Assembly (NCBI RefSeq): GCF_009914755.1
Contig: NC_060937.1
Direction: 5' to 3' (one strand)
Origin: the human T2T-CHM13v2.0 reference genome, Homo sapiens
DNA length: 64,000 bases
Position 1 is the first letter of the stretch. The number at the start of each line of letters is the position of its first letter. Below the pieces are notes generated by a model. It was not told the origin of the DNA and did no database searches. It worked only from the letters and a program-made list of their open reading frames with translations. The position numbers and the translations under genes were made by a program. Shown here in pieces: positions 1-14,059 of this stretch.

Positions 1-7
1 ACAGCCT

Positions 8-310
8 GGCCAGATGTGGTGGCTCAAGCCTGTAATCCAAGCACTTTGTGAGGTCGAGTTGGGAGGATTGCTTGAAGCCAGGAGTTTGAGACCAGCCTGG
101 GCACATGGCAAAACCCCATCTCTACAAAAAATACAAAAATTAGCCAGTCTTCATGGTGTGCACCTGTAGTCCTAGCTACTCAGGAGGCTGAAGTGGGAGG
201 ATTGCTGGAGCCCAGGAGTTCAAGGTTAAGGTGAGCTATGATTGTGCTGCTGCACTCCAGCCTGGGCAACAGAGTGAGATCCTGTATCTATTAAAAAGTA
301 ATAATAAAGA
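8..310 (+). mobile_element. Alu SINE, AluJ-like, full length
   Basis: GGCCAGATGTGGTGGCTCA start, A-rich linker, right arm with J-type GGAGGATTGCTGGAGCCCAGGAGTTCAAGG, degenerate A tail. Confidence 0.95.
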
Positions 311-321
311 ATGGAACACAA

Positions 322-801
<480 letters not shown>

Positions 802-807
802 TTCTGC

Positions 808-877
808 CTGATGAGAAACTTGGAGTGCAGGGCTCAGCAATCTGTTTTAACCAGCTCTGCAGGTCATTCCCATGCAT
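808..877. mobile_element. MER5A-like hAT-Charlie fragment
   Basis: GGGCTCAGCAATCTGTTTTAACCAGCTCTGCAGGTCATTC resembles the MER5A core. Confidence 0.55.
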
Positions 878-2436
878 TCTGTAGAAAGATCCTGCTTTGC
901 AGTCCAACATCAATGAGGTGCCTCCGCTTAATAGCTGTTGTTTTTGTAGCACTGGCCAATCTTCCGAACATCCTTAATCTTGAGTTTTTTTTCATGTATA
1001 AAATGGGATTAATAAAACAAAGTGTTAGTAGCAAACCTTTGGTCAGAATCTCTGGTGGAATATTTAACAGTTCTTATTACTACAGCAGGCCCTCCAATGT
1101 TACCTTCCTTCTACAATTTACCTCCATGGACACACTAAATACTAACAGTATTGATGATTCTGATGTCAGTTTTCTGAGGATTAGGGCTTGAAACTTGACC
1201 TTAATGCTCATTGTGTAAATATGAGCTGGAAAGGAAAACAGGTCTAATTTATAAGTAATTGCCCTGCTCAGCTTAATTGCTACTCTTCAAAGAGGGAACA
1301 ATGAGTATGTGTCCTTTGCTTTTAGGAAAACATTCAACATTATTCAAATCTGGATACAGAACATTTGGTTCTAAATGTGACCTTTTAATCATAGCAAGAC
1401 TATAAGCTGGTTCTTCACATCCCACTATCTTTGCGGTGGGACCACAAAAGCTAAGATGTATTAATATTCTGCACATTCTTAGGAGTGCAATGTGCTAGTT
1501 CTAATTTGCTTGTTTACTGGAGTGCTCTAATAAACATTAATTTTTAAAATTTCAAGTGCATTTTTTTCACTTATGTCCATTTCTGAGGTAAAAATACTCA
1601 CTCATTCTCTCTTCTTTAACCACTCCGCAGGGTGCACTCCTTCCTCAGATGATTATGTATTCTTCTCCTCCATGATCTCTACAGCCTTTCCTTTCTGACC
1701 ATCAATCACTGTGGGATGAAGCTGGTTGATCAGGTTTATTTTGCAAATGATGCAGTTTGCAAAGTCCCAGGTTCATAGTCATTTTCCATTGCTGTCTAGC
1801 CCATACTAAGACTCTCAATCAATCAACACTTGCAGATTAATTTTTCCCTCTGTGAAATAAAAAAAATTAAGAGTTAAATTAGGCTTCCTGGCTTATGTAT
1901 TTATTAATCAATCAACCTTCCACATAATACTAAATTAATCTTTATGGTACAATATCTGCATACCGATTTCTGTGTCTGCCAGCTCTAAAATAGTGCGGTG
2001 CTGAAGCAAGATTCTATCTGCTGTGAACATTTTTATAATGAGCTGCAGCCCTAGAAACATTGAAACTCATTTAAAAAGTGACCTGAATAATCTCTCAGGG
2101 AAAATTAAATGGGTGAAAGATCATGAAGAAGAAGTAAATATATATTTGAACAACATCAGGATGGCATCTATTCTTTACTGTGCCGGCCTTGCTTTTACTA
2201 GCATAAAACTCTAGGTAATTCAGAAAGGAATTGTGGTGGGGTGTGCAGGGGGGCTTTTCTACGACTTACAGATGCTCTTTCTTCAAATATATATATAGTG
2301 CAAATCTCCCATGTCCAGATCATATTTCTTCTTAGAATGTGTACTAAATGTTCTTAGTGTCCAGAGAACAATACTATTTTTTTTTATGTCTAACAAGATT
2401 TGCTTTTCTCCAACAATGGGGTCTAGAATAGAGGTT

Positions 2437-2595
2437 AGTTGCCTAGAGTGTGGTCCTGGGACCAGCATCATCGACATCACCTGGGAGCTTGTTAGAACTG
2501 CTGAATCTCTCAGATTCCATCACTTCTAGCCAGAATCTGCTTTTAACAAAGTCCTAGGCAATTTATATGTTCATTAAAGTGGGAGAATCACTGGA
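2437..2595. mobile_element. MER5A/B hAT-Charlie DNA transposon
   Basis: GTGGTCCTGGGACCAGCATCATCGACATCACCTGGGAGCTTGTTAGAA...CAGAATCTGCTTTTAACAA...TTAAAGTGGGAGAATCACTG. Confidence 0.8.
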
Positions 2596-2885
2596 GTAAA
2601 AAACTGGCTGGGAGGGGGAATGTGGGAACTATGGGGGATGTGAAGAATAGAGGTAGTGAGAGACAATATTGAATCGAAATGTGCTTCTTGCCTGCTCACC
2701 ATCGAGTGGAGAAGGGTTGGGGAGGCATCCATTGATCTCCCTTGCCTTTTTATCCTGGAGTTCGGTAGAATGCATGTGTTAAAAGGCTGAGTAGATTTGA
2801 GGGCACAGTTTATAATTACACACTGACGGTCTGTATGGCTTGCATTCTCTAATAGAGCATCTTCAGATTTTTACTGTGACCTTAA

Positions 2886-3050
2886 ATGAGAAGCAGTGTA
2901 GGGTAGTGGAAAACCCAAGGGTTTTAACTCTAACTCTGATAATGTGTCAACAGTTTATATACAAAATTGGCAAAATAGCCATGCCCATTACACATGGATT
3001 ACATGAGATAATGCCTAGGAAGCTCAAACTTTAGTGACCAGAGCAAAGTA
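2886..3050 (+). mobile_element. MIR SINE, degenerate
   Basis: GAGAAGCAGTGTAGGGTAGTGGAAAAC head and GATTACATGAGATAATGC tail motif. Confidence 0.55.
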
Positions 3051-3161
3051 GTTATCTACAAAGTGTGTCTTTGCCACTTTTTTTCCTTCTGATCATTCAC
3101 TGGTCCATCCGTCTGTGTACCCCACACCTACTGCCATTTAGATATAAATATAGTGCATAAA

Positions 3162-3194
3162 TCTATCTATCTATCTGTCTGTCTATCTATCTAT
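3162..3194. repeat. (TCTA/TCTG)n microsatellite
   Basis: Read directly. Confidence 0.95.
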
Positions 3195-3576
3195 CCGTTC
3201 TCACACTGCTGTGAAGAAATACCTGAGATTGGGTAATTTATAAGGAAAAGAAATTTAATTGGCTCACGGTTCTGCAGGTTGTGCAGGAAGCATGGCAGCA
3301 TCTACTTCTAGGGAGGCCTCAGGAAACTTACACTCATGGTAGAAGGGAAAGGGGAAGCAGGCAGTTCTTACATGGCAGGGGCAGGAGGAAGTGGGGCAGG
3401 GAGATTCCACACACTTTTAAACAACTGGATCTCATGATAACTCACTATCACAAGAACAGCACTCAGGGGAAATCCACCCCCATGATCCAATCACCTCCCA
3501 CCAGGCCCCACCTCCAAAGCTGGGGATTACAATTCGACATGAGATTTGGGCGGGGACACAGAGCCAAATCATATCA
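3186..3576 (-). mobile_element. MSTA-like solo LTR (ERVL-MaLR)
   Basis: CCTGAGATTGGGTAATTTATAAGGAAAAGA...GGCCTCAGGAAACTTAC...GAGATTTGGGCGGGGACACAGAGCCAAATCATATCA, the reverse complement of an LTR beginning TGATATG. Confidence 0.9.
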
Positions 3577-3584
3577 GTCAGTCA

Positions 3585-3648
3585 ATCCATCCATCTACCT
3601 ACCTACCTACCCACCTACCTACCTACCTACCTTCCTACCTACCTACCT
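3585..3648. repeat. (CCAT)/(CCTA)n microsatellite
   Basis: Read directly. Confidence 0.95.
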
Positions 3649-5074
3649 AGTGCATTTATCTTTCTTTCTACCTTGTTTTTCTGTCTTTTGATATCAGTAA
3701 TGATTTTCTGTCTTCCCATCAAGTATGCCACTACCAGTATCTCCACTCACTCCCCTTTCCACCTACTTAGGTGAAGACATTGAGGGACGTCAAAGAACTT
3801 GGGAAGAAGTGTTCCAAACAGCTGAGCTTGCAAGGTATTGAATGCTCTCGGGTTAATATCACGTGTACATTATGTCCAGCTTCATGAGCTTCTATCCTTT
3901 TCCACCTAAAAGATGACTGGCACTTCCCAGGACCAATCTGATTTCTTCCAACATGTTCTTATGACACCGATTTGGATCAGATGAGGCCATGCACATTTCT
4001 CTCCAGTCGGCTTCCTGGTCCCTGCATACGTTTGTTACAGGGTTGGATACTCCCACAAATCCTGGTGAGGAGGGCGAGACACAGTTAGGTTTTGTTGGAA
4101 TTTAAGCTTTGAATACAACCCTGATAATGCTGGACTCTCAGTTCTCCCCTCTCTATTGGGATGTGTGGGGAGGGATGAGGAGGGCATGTACCTTGTGCTT
4201 ATGTTTTCACAGGGATGGCTCTTGAGCCCAAGTGTTTTCAGGTAATTGGTATCAAGGATCCTGACATTGAGAGAATGAAATTTTGATACTGAAACTGATC
4301 CTTCAATATGAACTGGAATTATTCCCCGCTGAGCCAAACTGCTCATTTATCTCGTACGTGACAAAAAATCTGCTGTAGCATATGGTTTCACCTTTTATTG
4401 AAAAAAAAAAAGAGTCATTTTAATTGCTAGTTAAGACTGCTGGGTTACTTAAATTTGCAGGCTTTTTATTAACGGTGATCTATTTCATTTAAAGCAGCAA
4501 TAAATGAGATTTGGTGTTAGCCTCCCAATTATTAAATTTCATGGGCACTGTTAGAAGACTCGAGGTCACCCTTTTGAGAGTCTGAGCCATTTACATTTAA
4601 GGATTTAGTATACTTGAAGTGAGGGCAGAGTTCTGACACATAGCAGGTTCTTAATACATGTTTGAAAAGTTGAAAAGGTAGATGTGCACAAGCTTGTCTC
4701 CATTTCCCTTTGATACTCTTGTTCCCACCGTCTAAGGGTGGGATATACTTTCCCTCCATTGTATCTCTCAAATGGAAACATATGTGGCAACAGTTGCTTA
4801 AAATATCTGCTGCAGGTATTGAAAGCTGTACATTTGCTTATTGAGGGTTAATCTGACTAATTTCTTTACTTTTACTTGATGAAGGCAGGCAGGAGGAGGA
4901 GCTATTCCAAATATTAATAGCATGGCTATTATGAACAGAGACTGAATGACAGTTTTTAGTTTGTGGAATGGAAGTCTCATTCAACTATCTTAGAAGAGGG
5001 ACAACATGCTTTGATGGAAAGAATTCTTGAAAACGGTATTTTTTTTTTTGAAATTTAGAAGTAGAACTTTTTGT

Positions 5075-5430
5075 TTTAAATCAGCTTTTTATTTTAAAAT
5101 AGCTTTGGACATACAGAAAAGTTGTAACAATGGTATGGAGAATTCCCTTATATCTCTCATCCAATGTCCCCCATTGTAATCATCCTATATCACCATGATA
5201 CATTTGTCACAAGTAAGAAACAAGCATAGGTACATTATTCTTAATGAAGCTCAATACTATATTCTGATTCCATCAGTTTCTCCCAAATGTCCTTTCTCCA
5301 TTCCTGGACCCCATCCGGAACACCACTTACATTTAGTTATCATGACTCCTTAGCCTTCTGCGATCTCTGACGGCTTCTTAGACTTTCCTTGTCCTTGATT
5401 ACCTTGATGGTTTTGAGGAGTGCTGGTCAG
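5075..5430 (-). mobile_element. Old L1 3' end (L1MC/L1MD-like)
   Basis: CATACAGAAAAGTTGTAACAATGGTA...ACATTTAGTTATCATGACTCCTTAG...TTTTGAGGAGTGCTGGTCAG resembles an antisense L1MC/MD 3'UTR. Confidence 0.75.
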
Positions 5431-5580
5431 AAACCTGTATTCTTGTCTCGATTCTACTCATCATTGAATTGTGACCTTGAGTAAATCACTTATCTCTCTA
5501 GATCTCAATGAGTTTACCTGCAAAACGCGAGGCTGGAGATGAAAATATTGTTTAGGTTCCATCGAGTTTTCAAACTCTCA
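5431..5580 (+). mobile_element. MIR3/MIRc SINE
   Basis: MIR core TGTGACCTTGAGTAAATCACTTATCTCTCT. Confidence 0.65.
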
Positions 5581-5639
5581 TTCCTTTTAATATTACAGGC
5601 AGATATCAGAACCTGAAGTGTCATGTTTTTAAAAAAATA

Positions 5640-5763
5640 TTTTTATTAAGATGGGGTGTCACGACATTGCCCAGGCTAGCCTCTACCTCCTGGGCTCAAG
5701 CAATCCTCCCACCTCAGCCTCCTGAGTAGCTGGGATTACAGGCACATGCCACCACGCTGAGCT
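5640..5763 (-). mobile_element. Monomeric Alu (FLAM-like)
   Basis: Single ~120-bp antisense arm: TTGCCCAGGCTAG...GGGCTCAAGCAATCCTCCCACCTCAGCCTCC...CCACCACGC. Confidence 0.85.
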
Positions 5764-7623
5764 CCATTTTGGTTTTATTTCTAACTTGCTGTTTAACTCT
5801 GGCTAGATATTCTAGGTCTCCAAACTATAATTCTGTGAGGAATATTCCAGTGTTTTAGCCTTCAAGTGGTTAATTGGCCATATTAAAAAATATTATGGGA
5901 ATCTTAAATGTGTTGTATCTACGTGTCTCTTGGTTACTGTAAGAGACAGAACATAGCTTACCTCCTTTTGATGACTCAGACATTAGCTGAACATCAGACA
6001 TTAAACTGACAGGTTTTGATGTTTGTGCACCCTTGGGGTCGTGGAGGTGTCTCAGCCCATTCACCTCAATCAAGGACACAGGATTGTTGTGGTGTTTTGT
6101 TTCTTTCATCTTGTCCTTTGCTGTCAGTTGTCACTTCTTATGCTGTTGGTTACCAGAAGAATACAGGTAACTAAACTTCAAGTCAGTAACCTGAAATTTG
6201 TACATCATACTAAGCTCATGGCCTCTGACTCAAGGGTGACTCTATTTCTTTTTCTTCAGAGCAAAGTGCGTTAACTTCTTGACAATTTTCTTTGCAGCTT
6301 TCAGGCCTTTTTAACTGATTTACATGGTTGATAGCAATAACTTGAATGTCTAGAGTTGCCAGAAATCAAATTCATGTGATCTAAGTTGAAGCTGGGGAGG
6401 AGTTGTTATATATGAATGTACGCAAATACATATTCAGTGATATATCATGTTTGGTGTATAAAAGAACTACGTTTAAAACATTTTTATCATTCCATACAGT
6501 ACTTAGCACAGTGTGCTATATGTAGGCAGACAACTAATAAATTTTGTTAAAATGCAATCTGAACTTGATCATGAGGGTTGTAAATCCCAATTCACAAGTA
6601 TCTGATGGTCATTTAAATTTTTTATGTATTATAAAGGCATGTATATAATCTCTTGAGACTCCACAGGTCTCCTTGTATTGTGGGTACACAAATGGGGCAC
6701 TTTAACAGGAACAATCCAAATTTCACCTGTCCCACAATGCTCACAGAGGACTTTAAATACTTAGAAATTCCCCAGGTGTGCTTAGAAGTGTGTCTATCAC
6801 TGCCAGATGTGAACACAGTCCCCCAGCTTTAAGAAGGCAGCGTCTGGGTTTTGCTGTGTTTGCAGATCGCTCCCATCTCTGGTAGCATGTGAAGCCCTGG
6901 AGCCCAGGGGCGATGGGACGTGCATGACATTTTATTGTGGAGCAGAGGGAGGAACTGCTCTCTGTCTTCTGTCCCCCTCTTCCCCCATCTTTATTGTTAT
7001 TATTATTATCTAATATTGGTGGGGGGAAAGGGGTATTTCCCTAAGCTGTGTGTTTTTAGTGAAACAGCTTCTCTGGTTCCCCTCCCCTCTCCCTCACACA
7101 TGCTCTCCCTCTCTTTCTACGGGCCTTACTCAGGTGTTTACTGTGGGCTAAATTGGGAGACAAAGCCGAATAATAGAACCCTTTGTGCTGGGAACCTCCC
7201 GACATGGAGACACCGAGGCTTTCCTCCCAGCTCATGCTCATTCTGCCTGTATTCTCTTTCTTTTGGTGGGGTCTCTAAGAGGCAGTTCCTTCGCACCTCT
7301 TCCAGATGTGCTTCTGATGGGCTCAATCTGCAAATTCACTGGACATGTCTAGGTATTTGTGACTACCAGCCTAGGCTCCTGCTGGGACCCCAAATATACA
7401 GCATCTCCAACTTGCTGGATATTGTATACTTCATGTAGGAGCATACACTTCATGTATGTCCAGCAGGTTACCTATGCACAATATGGACAACCTTTGGCAA
7501 TTCCAGGTTTGAGGAAGAGTTTAGATATCATTCGGGCCTTATTTTACCTTTGTTATTTCATGCCATGGTGTCCACCTCATGGCTGAACTCCTTTACCAAT
7601 AGAAGGGCAGAGGCAGATACAGA

Positions 7624-7671
7624 AAGCAGCTTAAATATCATTTTAGCAAGCAGCTTAAATACCATTTTAGT
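7624..7671. repeat. 24-bp tandem duplication
   Basis: AAGCAGCTTAAATATCATTTTAGC followed by AAGCAGCTTAAATACCATTTTAGT (2 mismatches). Confidence 0.95.
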
Positions 7672-8458
7672 AAGGTGTATGGTGAAGGAAGCAAGTAAAA
7701 GGATTAAATCAAATGAAACGTTTGAAATCAGTGATAGATTTCAATTACACATAGACTTCTTTCTTCTGAGCACAAGGTTAACAGCAGATTGAGTGTATGT
7801 GCATGTATATCTCCACATACACACCAGTTCCCAAATAGAACATGTTCTTTTCATTCTACCTGTAATATGGCTGGGAGATCAAAGACTAACTCCTGTTGCT
7901 TTTTTATTTCTCAATATCTGTTGAGAAAGTGCCTCTGTTATGTTTCCAGTTTGTAGAATAGATCTTGTAGAATTTTAAAAGTAAGCCAAAATGTTAGTGG
8001 AAAAGATGGGTGTGTGTGTCTGTGTGTGCATTCTATTTTCCACAGCTGTCACCTGCTTTGCAAAGATGTTCTTAAAAGGTACAGAGAAATCCAAGGCATT
8101 GCCCATGATGCACTTAGGCACTTAGCCTTGAACCATACTCAGAATGACCTTCTCAAATCCAGTAAACAGAAGCTCTGTGACTATTTTATTACATGCTGCG
8201 ATGCTCACAGTCATAAGTAGTTACCCTGAACTTTCACCCCTTTTTGGTTTTTGAAGTTATGAAACAGTGAACTTGAAGTGACATGTATAGAGGAAACCTG
8301 CCTTAACCTGCTCCTAAATGGCTTCCCTTTGCACGGTGTCCTGAACAAAACTGAAAACATATTCTACAAAGTAGTTATATTTTTGATCTAACTAGTGGAG
8401 AAGAAAAGAGGCTAAAAAAATAAAATTCAGAGGAATCATATTTTTATAGATATAAACC

Positions 8459-8670
8459 TTTTTCTTTCCAACTTTTATTGTAGGTTAAAGGGATACATGT
8501 ACAGGTTTTTTACATGGGAAAATTGCATGTGGCTGGGGTTTGGTGTACAGATAATTTTGTCACTCAAGTAATCAGTATAATAGCCGATAGGTAATTTCTC
8601 AATTCTCACCCTCCTCCCACCTTCCACCCTCAAGTAGGCACTGGTATTTTTTGTTCCCTTCTTTGTGTCC
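8459..8670 (-). mobile_element. L1PA/L1PREC-type 3' end
   Basis: ACTTTTATTGTAGGTTAAAGGGATACATGTACAGG...CCCTCCTCCCACCTTCCACCCTCAAGTAGG. Confidence 0.85.
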
Positions 8671-8712
8671 TCAAATAGACATTTTAAAAATTCATACAAA
8701 AACATTAGGTTA

Positions 8713-9012
<300 letters not shown>

Positions 9013-9094
9013 TTAGGTTTTTGTGATGGTTGATAGTTTCCTAAAAATATCACCCTGGAAATGTTTGATTTTCATGGAGTTTTATCAAGCACTC

Positions 9095-9640
9095 ATCAAT
9101 CAACCAACAAACCAATCAGTTAATCAGTATATACATATTTTTGAGTGCCTATTATATGTCCAGGATTTTATTAATGAATGAATGAATAAATTTACTTACT
9201 TGACAAATATTTATTAATTTCCTTCTTTGTATAAATAAGGCACAACTAGGTATTGCCAACACTACAAAGTGCAGATACTTTCAAGAAACTTACAGTTGAT
9301 TAAGGGAGACAGAAGTGTGAATGCATGGTTTAAATACTATGTAACAAGTATAGTCATAGAAGTATTTTTAGGGTAGCGAGATTCACTCATTCATTCATTC
9401 AATTACTCATTTGCTCATTCATTCGACTTTGGCTTATGTTCTAGACAATGTGTTGGGGTCTGGAAATAGCAGTGTTAGACAAGACAGAAAACCAGCCACT
9501 GTTCTCATGGAACTTATATTTTCATGCAGAAGGGAACTGAACAAACAAATAAGTAAATGCATTATATAAATAAATGCATTTTAGAAAAGTAAATAACATG
9601 AAATTGTTACAAGTACCATGAAGGAAAGCAGGAAGATGCA
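9095..9640 (-). mobile_element. Cluster of L2 3'-end fragments, mostly antisense
   Basis: (TTCA)n tails, TTTTGAGTGCCTATTATATGTCCAGG, CTCATGGAACTTATATT. Confidence 0.65.
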
Positions 9641-9829
9641 TGAGAATGTAGAGCAAATGTCCTTAGAGATACTTGGAAATAAGCAACTAACTAAATAACT
9701 TTGCTTTTAGCTTCTAAGTATTCGTATGTGAGGTCATGTGTGCAGCTCTGAGTGGGGCCACCATCTGAAAGAATATCAGGACGCATTAAAACCTTGACTG
9801 CACACAACTGGGCTGGGTAGTGGGACAGG

Positions 9830-9995
9830 AGCTGGTGCAGGAATCAGTAGATTTGGTCTTCAGTCTTGGCTTGGATATTAATGACCTTAAGATATCACTG
9901 AACACTTCTGGGTGTCAGTTTTCTCACTTGTAGATCAACTACAAGTTCATCTACAAATTGGGCTGGGTGATCTGTAAAGCCCTATAATTCTGCAT
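9830..9995 (+). mobile_element. MIR3-like SINE
   Basis: GGAATCAGTAGATTTGG...ATGACCTTAAGATATCACTGAACACTTCTGGGTGTCAGTTTTCTCACTTGTA. Confidence 0.6.
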
Positions 9996-11039
9996 TCCCA
10001 GTAGGATAGATGCATCCTCAGCCTTTTACAGGGGGCTAAGTTTTACATTGAGACAAAATGTGTACATATGCTTGGCAAGTCTTAGCGCACTATACAATAC
10101 AATCACTGAAGGAATTAGGCCAGATAGATTCATGTGCACATGCTCAGGACTCATCCGTATGGGATTTGGAAGCAGAGGTAGTTCATCAAAGGCACCCCTC
10201 CTCCAAAGACCATGTGCCTTACACAGTTTCTAGGTCTGCCCGCTTTTAAAGATTTGATGGAAGAGTCACCTGTGCACCTTATTTCACTTATGCATTTACC
10301 TAATCGGAGAAAAGTAACAATAGACTTCCAGAGCAGGAGTAGAAAGAAGCAAAGGAAATGGTGGACAAAGGCTCCAGGTGTGCTGGTTGGGCTCTGGACC
10401 CAAAATCCAAATTCTTAGGTTCCAGTCTAGGCTTGCCACTTTCCAGCCTTGACTCACTGGGCAACATACTGAGCCTGGCGTTCTTACCATCGTCATATAG
10501 GTAAGTGGTAGAAGTTGTCCTGAATTAGTGGCATTCTGACTTCATCTTTAGCGTTAGATACTCCTTCCAAACAAACCAGGCATGAAATTCCAGCATGCCT
10601 GACAGAAAAAAGGGGAGCCACACTGATTGAAGGAAAGCTTGAAGACCTGTGGCCATGCTAACTGGGCCTTTCCCTCTCACTCCTAAAGCAGTCTTGAGGC
10701 AGGAAATCAGGACTTCTGGAAATCCAGTTTGGAAGCCCTTGGGCTAAAGAGCATCTGCATTGATGACAATCTGGTAATATCTCCATGCATAGTCCTTTGA
10801 AGTCCCCTCATTTGTCACCAATGCACCCACTGACTTTTCCCCTGCTTCTACTAACTTACTACGTAAAAGGACACGGGTGAATAAAAGAGTCTTTCTCCCT
10901 CGGTTTCTGAGCTTTGGTGGCTTTGAGTACTGGAGAGCTCAACTGCAGGTCCCCGCCTTGCTGCTTCCATATTCCAGCTACTCTTCTTTAAGTGAATGCT
11001 GGCTGGCATTTAGGGCAATCTGGAGGGTTAATAAGAGCC

Positions 11040-11390
11040 CCCCATGGCAATTTAATCCTGCATTAGGTAAAGACGCTGTACAGACTGTGGAACACTTGAC
11101 TTATGCAAATATGACCTTACACAGATTGTTCTATGAAGCCCATAATAACATTTTAGATATGGAAATTTCCACTGTGGGCGGAAACACAAAGTTCTGCGGT
11201 GTGTGGCTGATTGCCGGGAAGCCAGAGTGCTGGGCAGGCAGGGCCATACAAGGGGAGGGCCTTCGGACTTTGCTTTCACGTTGCTCTGTTTTCCTATGGA
11301 TTTTTGCTAGGCTACGTGTGCTATTTCAGTATTGTTTGTGTTGTTACTCCATTTATTGCATTCTAACTGTGACTGAATAAACCAGGTAAT
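11040..11390. promoter_or_regulatory. Candidate enhancer-like motif cluster
   Basis: Non-repeat DNA with TAATCC (11053), octamer ATGCAAAT (11103-11110), palindromic Rel/NFAT-like GGAAATTTCC (11161-11170), GGGCGG (11176-11181) and several retained CpGs; motif evidence only. Confidence 0.3.
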
Positions 11391-11544
11391 AGCAAGGGGG
11401 TACATTAGAAGAAAAAAAATGAAAGTTTAAAGGTTCTTAAAAATGCCAAAGCCTTTATTCCATTGTATGTGGATTTTATTTGGCTACTTCAACATTGAAA
11501 AGTATTTTGAACAAAAGCGCAAGCACAAAAGAGCACATAATGTT

Positions 11545-11790
11545 TTCTGCACATGGTGCAATGCTTAAGAGTCTAGGTTTTGGAGCTAGACAGATGGATT
11601 CTGAGTTTTGTCTCCTCTTTGCTATGTGACCTTGTCAGATTACTTACTGTCTTCCAGCTCAGTTTATCTTCTGTAAAGTGGGTGTGATGATGATACTGGA
11701 GTCTCTTAAGATTTTACTAAAGATTAAATGAGATAATACATGTAAAGTGTCTAGCTTTTGGCCTGGTACTTACAAAATCATACAACTCAC
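11545..11790 (+). mobile_element. MIR SINE
   Basis: GCTATGTGACCTTG...CTCAGTTTATCTTCTGTAAAGTGGG...GATTAAATGAGATAATACATGTAAAGTG. Confidence 0.8.
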
Positions 11791-12854
11791 AATTAAATTT
11801 CATTTTTGCATTGTTGGTAATGTTTACATTTCATAAATAGCACCTGCTGTGATAGCACTATGGATTTTTTTGAGTACTTACAAAAGCAGGATCTAAATGA
11901 AAAGTTAGCGATAATGCAGATAAAGGATGAAATTTAAAAATGTATACTATGTATTCAAATGATGATTCAAACAAGGAAGATAGAGAGCGAAAATATAATG
12001 CTTATAATGCAATGCTGTGGGAAGCCATGGGTGGTTCAATAGATTTAAAATTTGTGCCAATGTTCAAAATGTAAAAGTGAGAGGTTGAGAAGGCTAGTGC
12101 AGTCATAAAAGCCATAAAAATTATCCTAAAATGTTATGAATAATTATAAGGAGAACCTGGTATGGCACATAGCAACTTTTTGTTGTGAATTAAATTGGGC
12201 TCTTTTAGGGAATGATGTCAAAAAGGGGCAGACAATAAACAGTATTAAAGACCACATAAGCTAGTCATGCATTACTTTTCCCAAAGCGTTCAGTGTTAGT
12301 TAAAGCTAATACTGGCACTGGTTTATCATTTAGAACATCCATGTGTACTCGAAGGCCTTGGCAAGCTTGCAAATGTGTATATGTTTGAGCCAAACGTGCT
12401 TTGAAAGACACTGGGAGCAGCATGGGTGAAAAAAAGTGAGTAGATCTGGGCCTCTGTGAGGAAACCGAGGACTAGACCATGCTTTTATCTTTTGAGATCT
12501 TTGGCAATAGAATAACCATCAGTCCTAATTGCTTAGTGTTGCCTGACGCTCTCTTTCCATTATGTGAATTTATATTTTTATCTTCTTGACTTTCAGTTGC
12601 TGATAGGTTCTCCGTGATTGACTTATTACATTCCTGTTTGGCCTACATTTACTTGGAGTACACCTGTATCATTTTGAGAGAGACCTTCTTAGTCTTGCTA
12701 AATTGAAAGCTTCATTTATTTACTTTTTTATTTTTGTCTAGAGTTGGACTGGCAAGGCCTCTGAAGTTGTGAGTTGACTTCGCCTAGGCTGCTTGTTCTT
12801 CAGTCTCAGAACATCCTTAGCCACAGGTCATCTTTAAGAGCAATTTACTTATTT

Positions 12855-13118
12855 CATCTTGGTGAGAAAGAGCACTTAACATGAGATGGACCCACTTGAC
12901 ACATAGGTGAAATATTGCGTAGCAGATCTCTAGAGCTTATACTTGCTGAGCAGCAGGTGTTCACCTTTGTAACTGTGGGAACTTTACACTTGTGGAACAG
13001 TAACTCTCTGTTTCCCTTTCTTGTAGTTTCTGGCAACTGCCATTTTACTTTCTGTTTCTATGAGTTTGACTATTTCAGATCCCCCACATAAGTGGAATCA
13101 CTCAATATTCATCCTTCT
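12855..13118 (-). mobile_element. L1MA9/10-like 3' end
   Basis: GAGCACTTAACATGAGAT...GCAGATCTCTAGAGCTTAT...TTCTGTTTCTATGAGTTTGACTATTTCAGAT...ATAAGTGGAATCA. Confidence 0.75.
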
Positions 13119-13163
13119 ATTGCCACAGAAAAACTTGCATCAACTGATGCTGACTTGGATAAC

Positions 13164-13169
<6 letters not shown>

Positions 13170-13200
<31 letters not shown>

Positions 13201-13487
13201 GTACTGAGTGCAATGGCTGGACTCAGTACCAAATGGCTGGAGTGCAATGGCGCAATCTCGGGTCATTGCAACTTCCGCCTCCCAGCTTCAAGTGATTCTG
13301 CTACCTCAGCCTCCCGAGTAGCTGGGATTACAGGCGCCCACCACCCCCAGCTAGTTTTTGTATTTTTAGTAGAGAAAGGGTTTCATCATGTTGGCCAGGC
13401 TGGTCTCGATCTCCTGACCTCAGGTGATCCACCCGCCTCGGCCTCCCAAAGTGCTAGGATTACAGGCATGAGCCACTGCGCCTGGCC
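13170..13487 (-). mobile_element. AluS SINE with rearranged 3' terminus
   Basis: Poly-T followed by antisense Alu; TSD GGATAACCTGGGATTTT (from 13157) and GGATCACCTGGGATTTT (from 13488). Confidence 0.95.
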
Positions 13488-13601
13488 GGATCACCTGGGA
13501 TTTTAATCTTTCAGCCTAGCACAGTGCCTGGATTGCAGGAGGCATTCAACATATACTCTTTGAGAGAGGTCTTATTTAGAGTCACTGAATTAAAAGATTT
13601 A

Positions 13602-13906
<305 letters not shown>

Positions 13907-14059
13907 GCTTTATTTATTTACTTTTTGCCAAATAATAAATTTTTGTATGCTTTGGATGCATGGAAGAAAATGATTGTGGCCAAATATACATGTTTACCAT
14001 AAAATCAATTTATTGCTAAGTACTAAAGAGTAAAAAAATTACAGATGCGACAGTAATAA

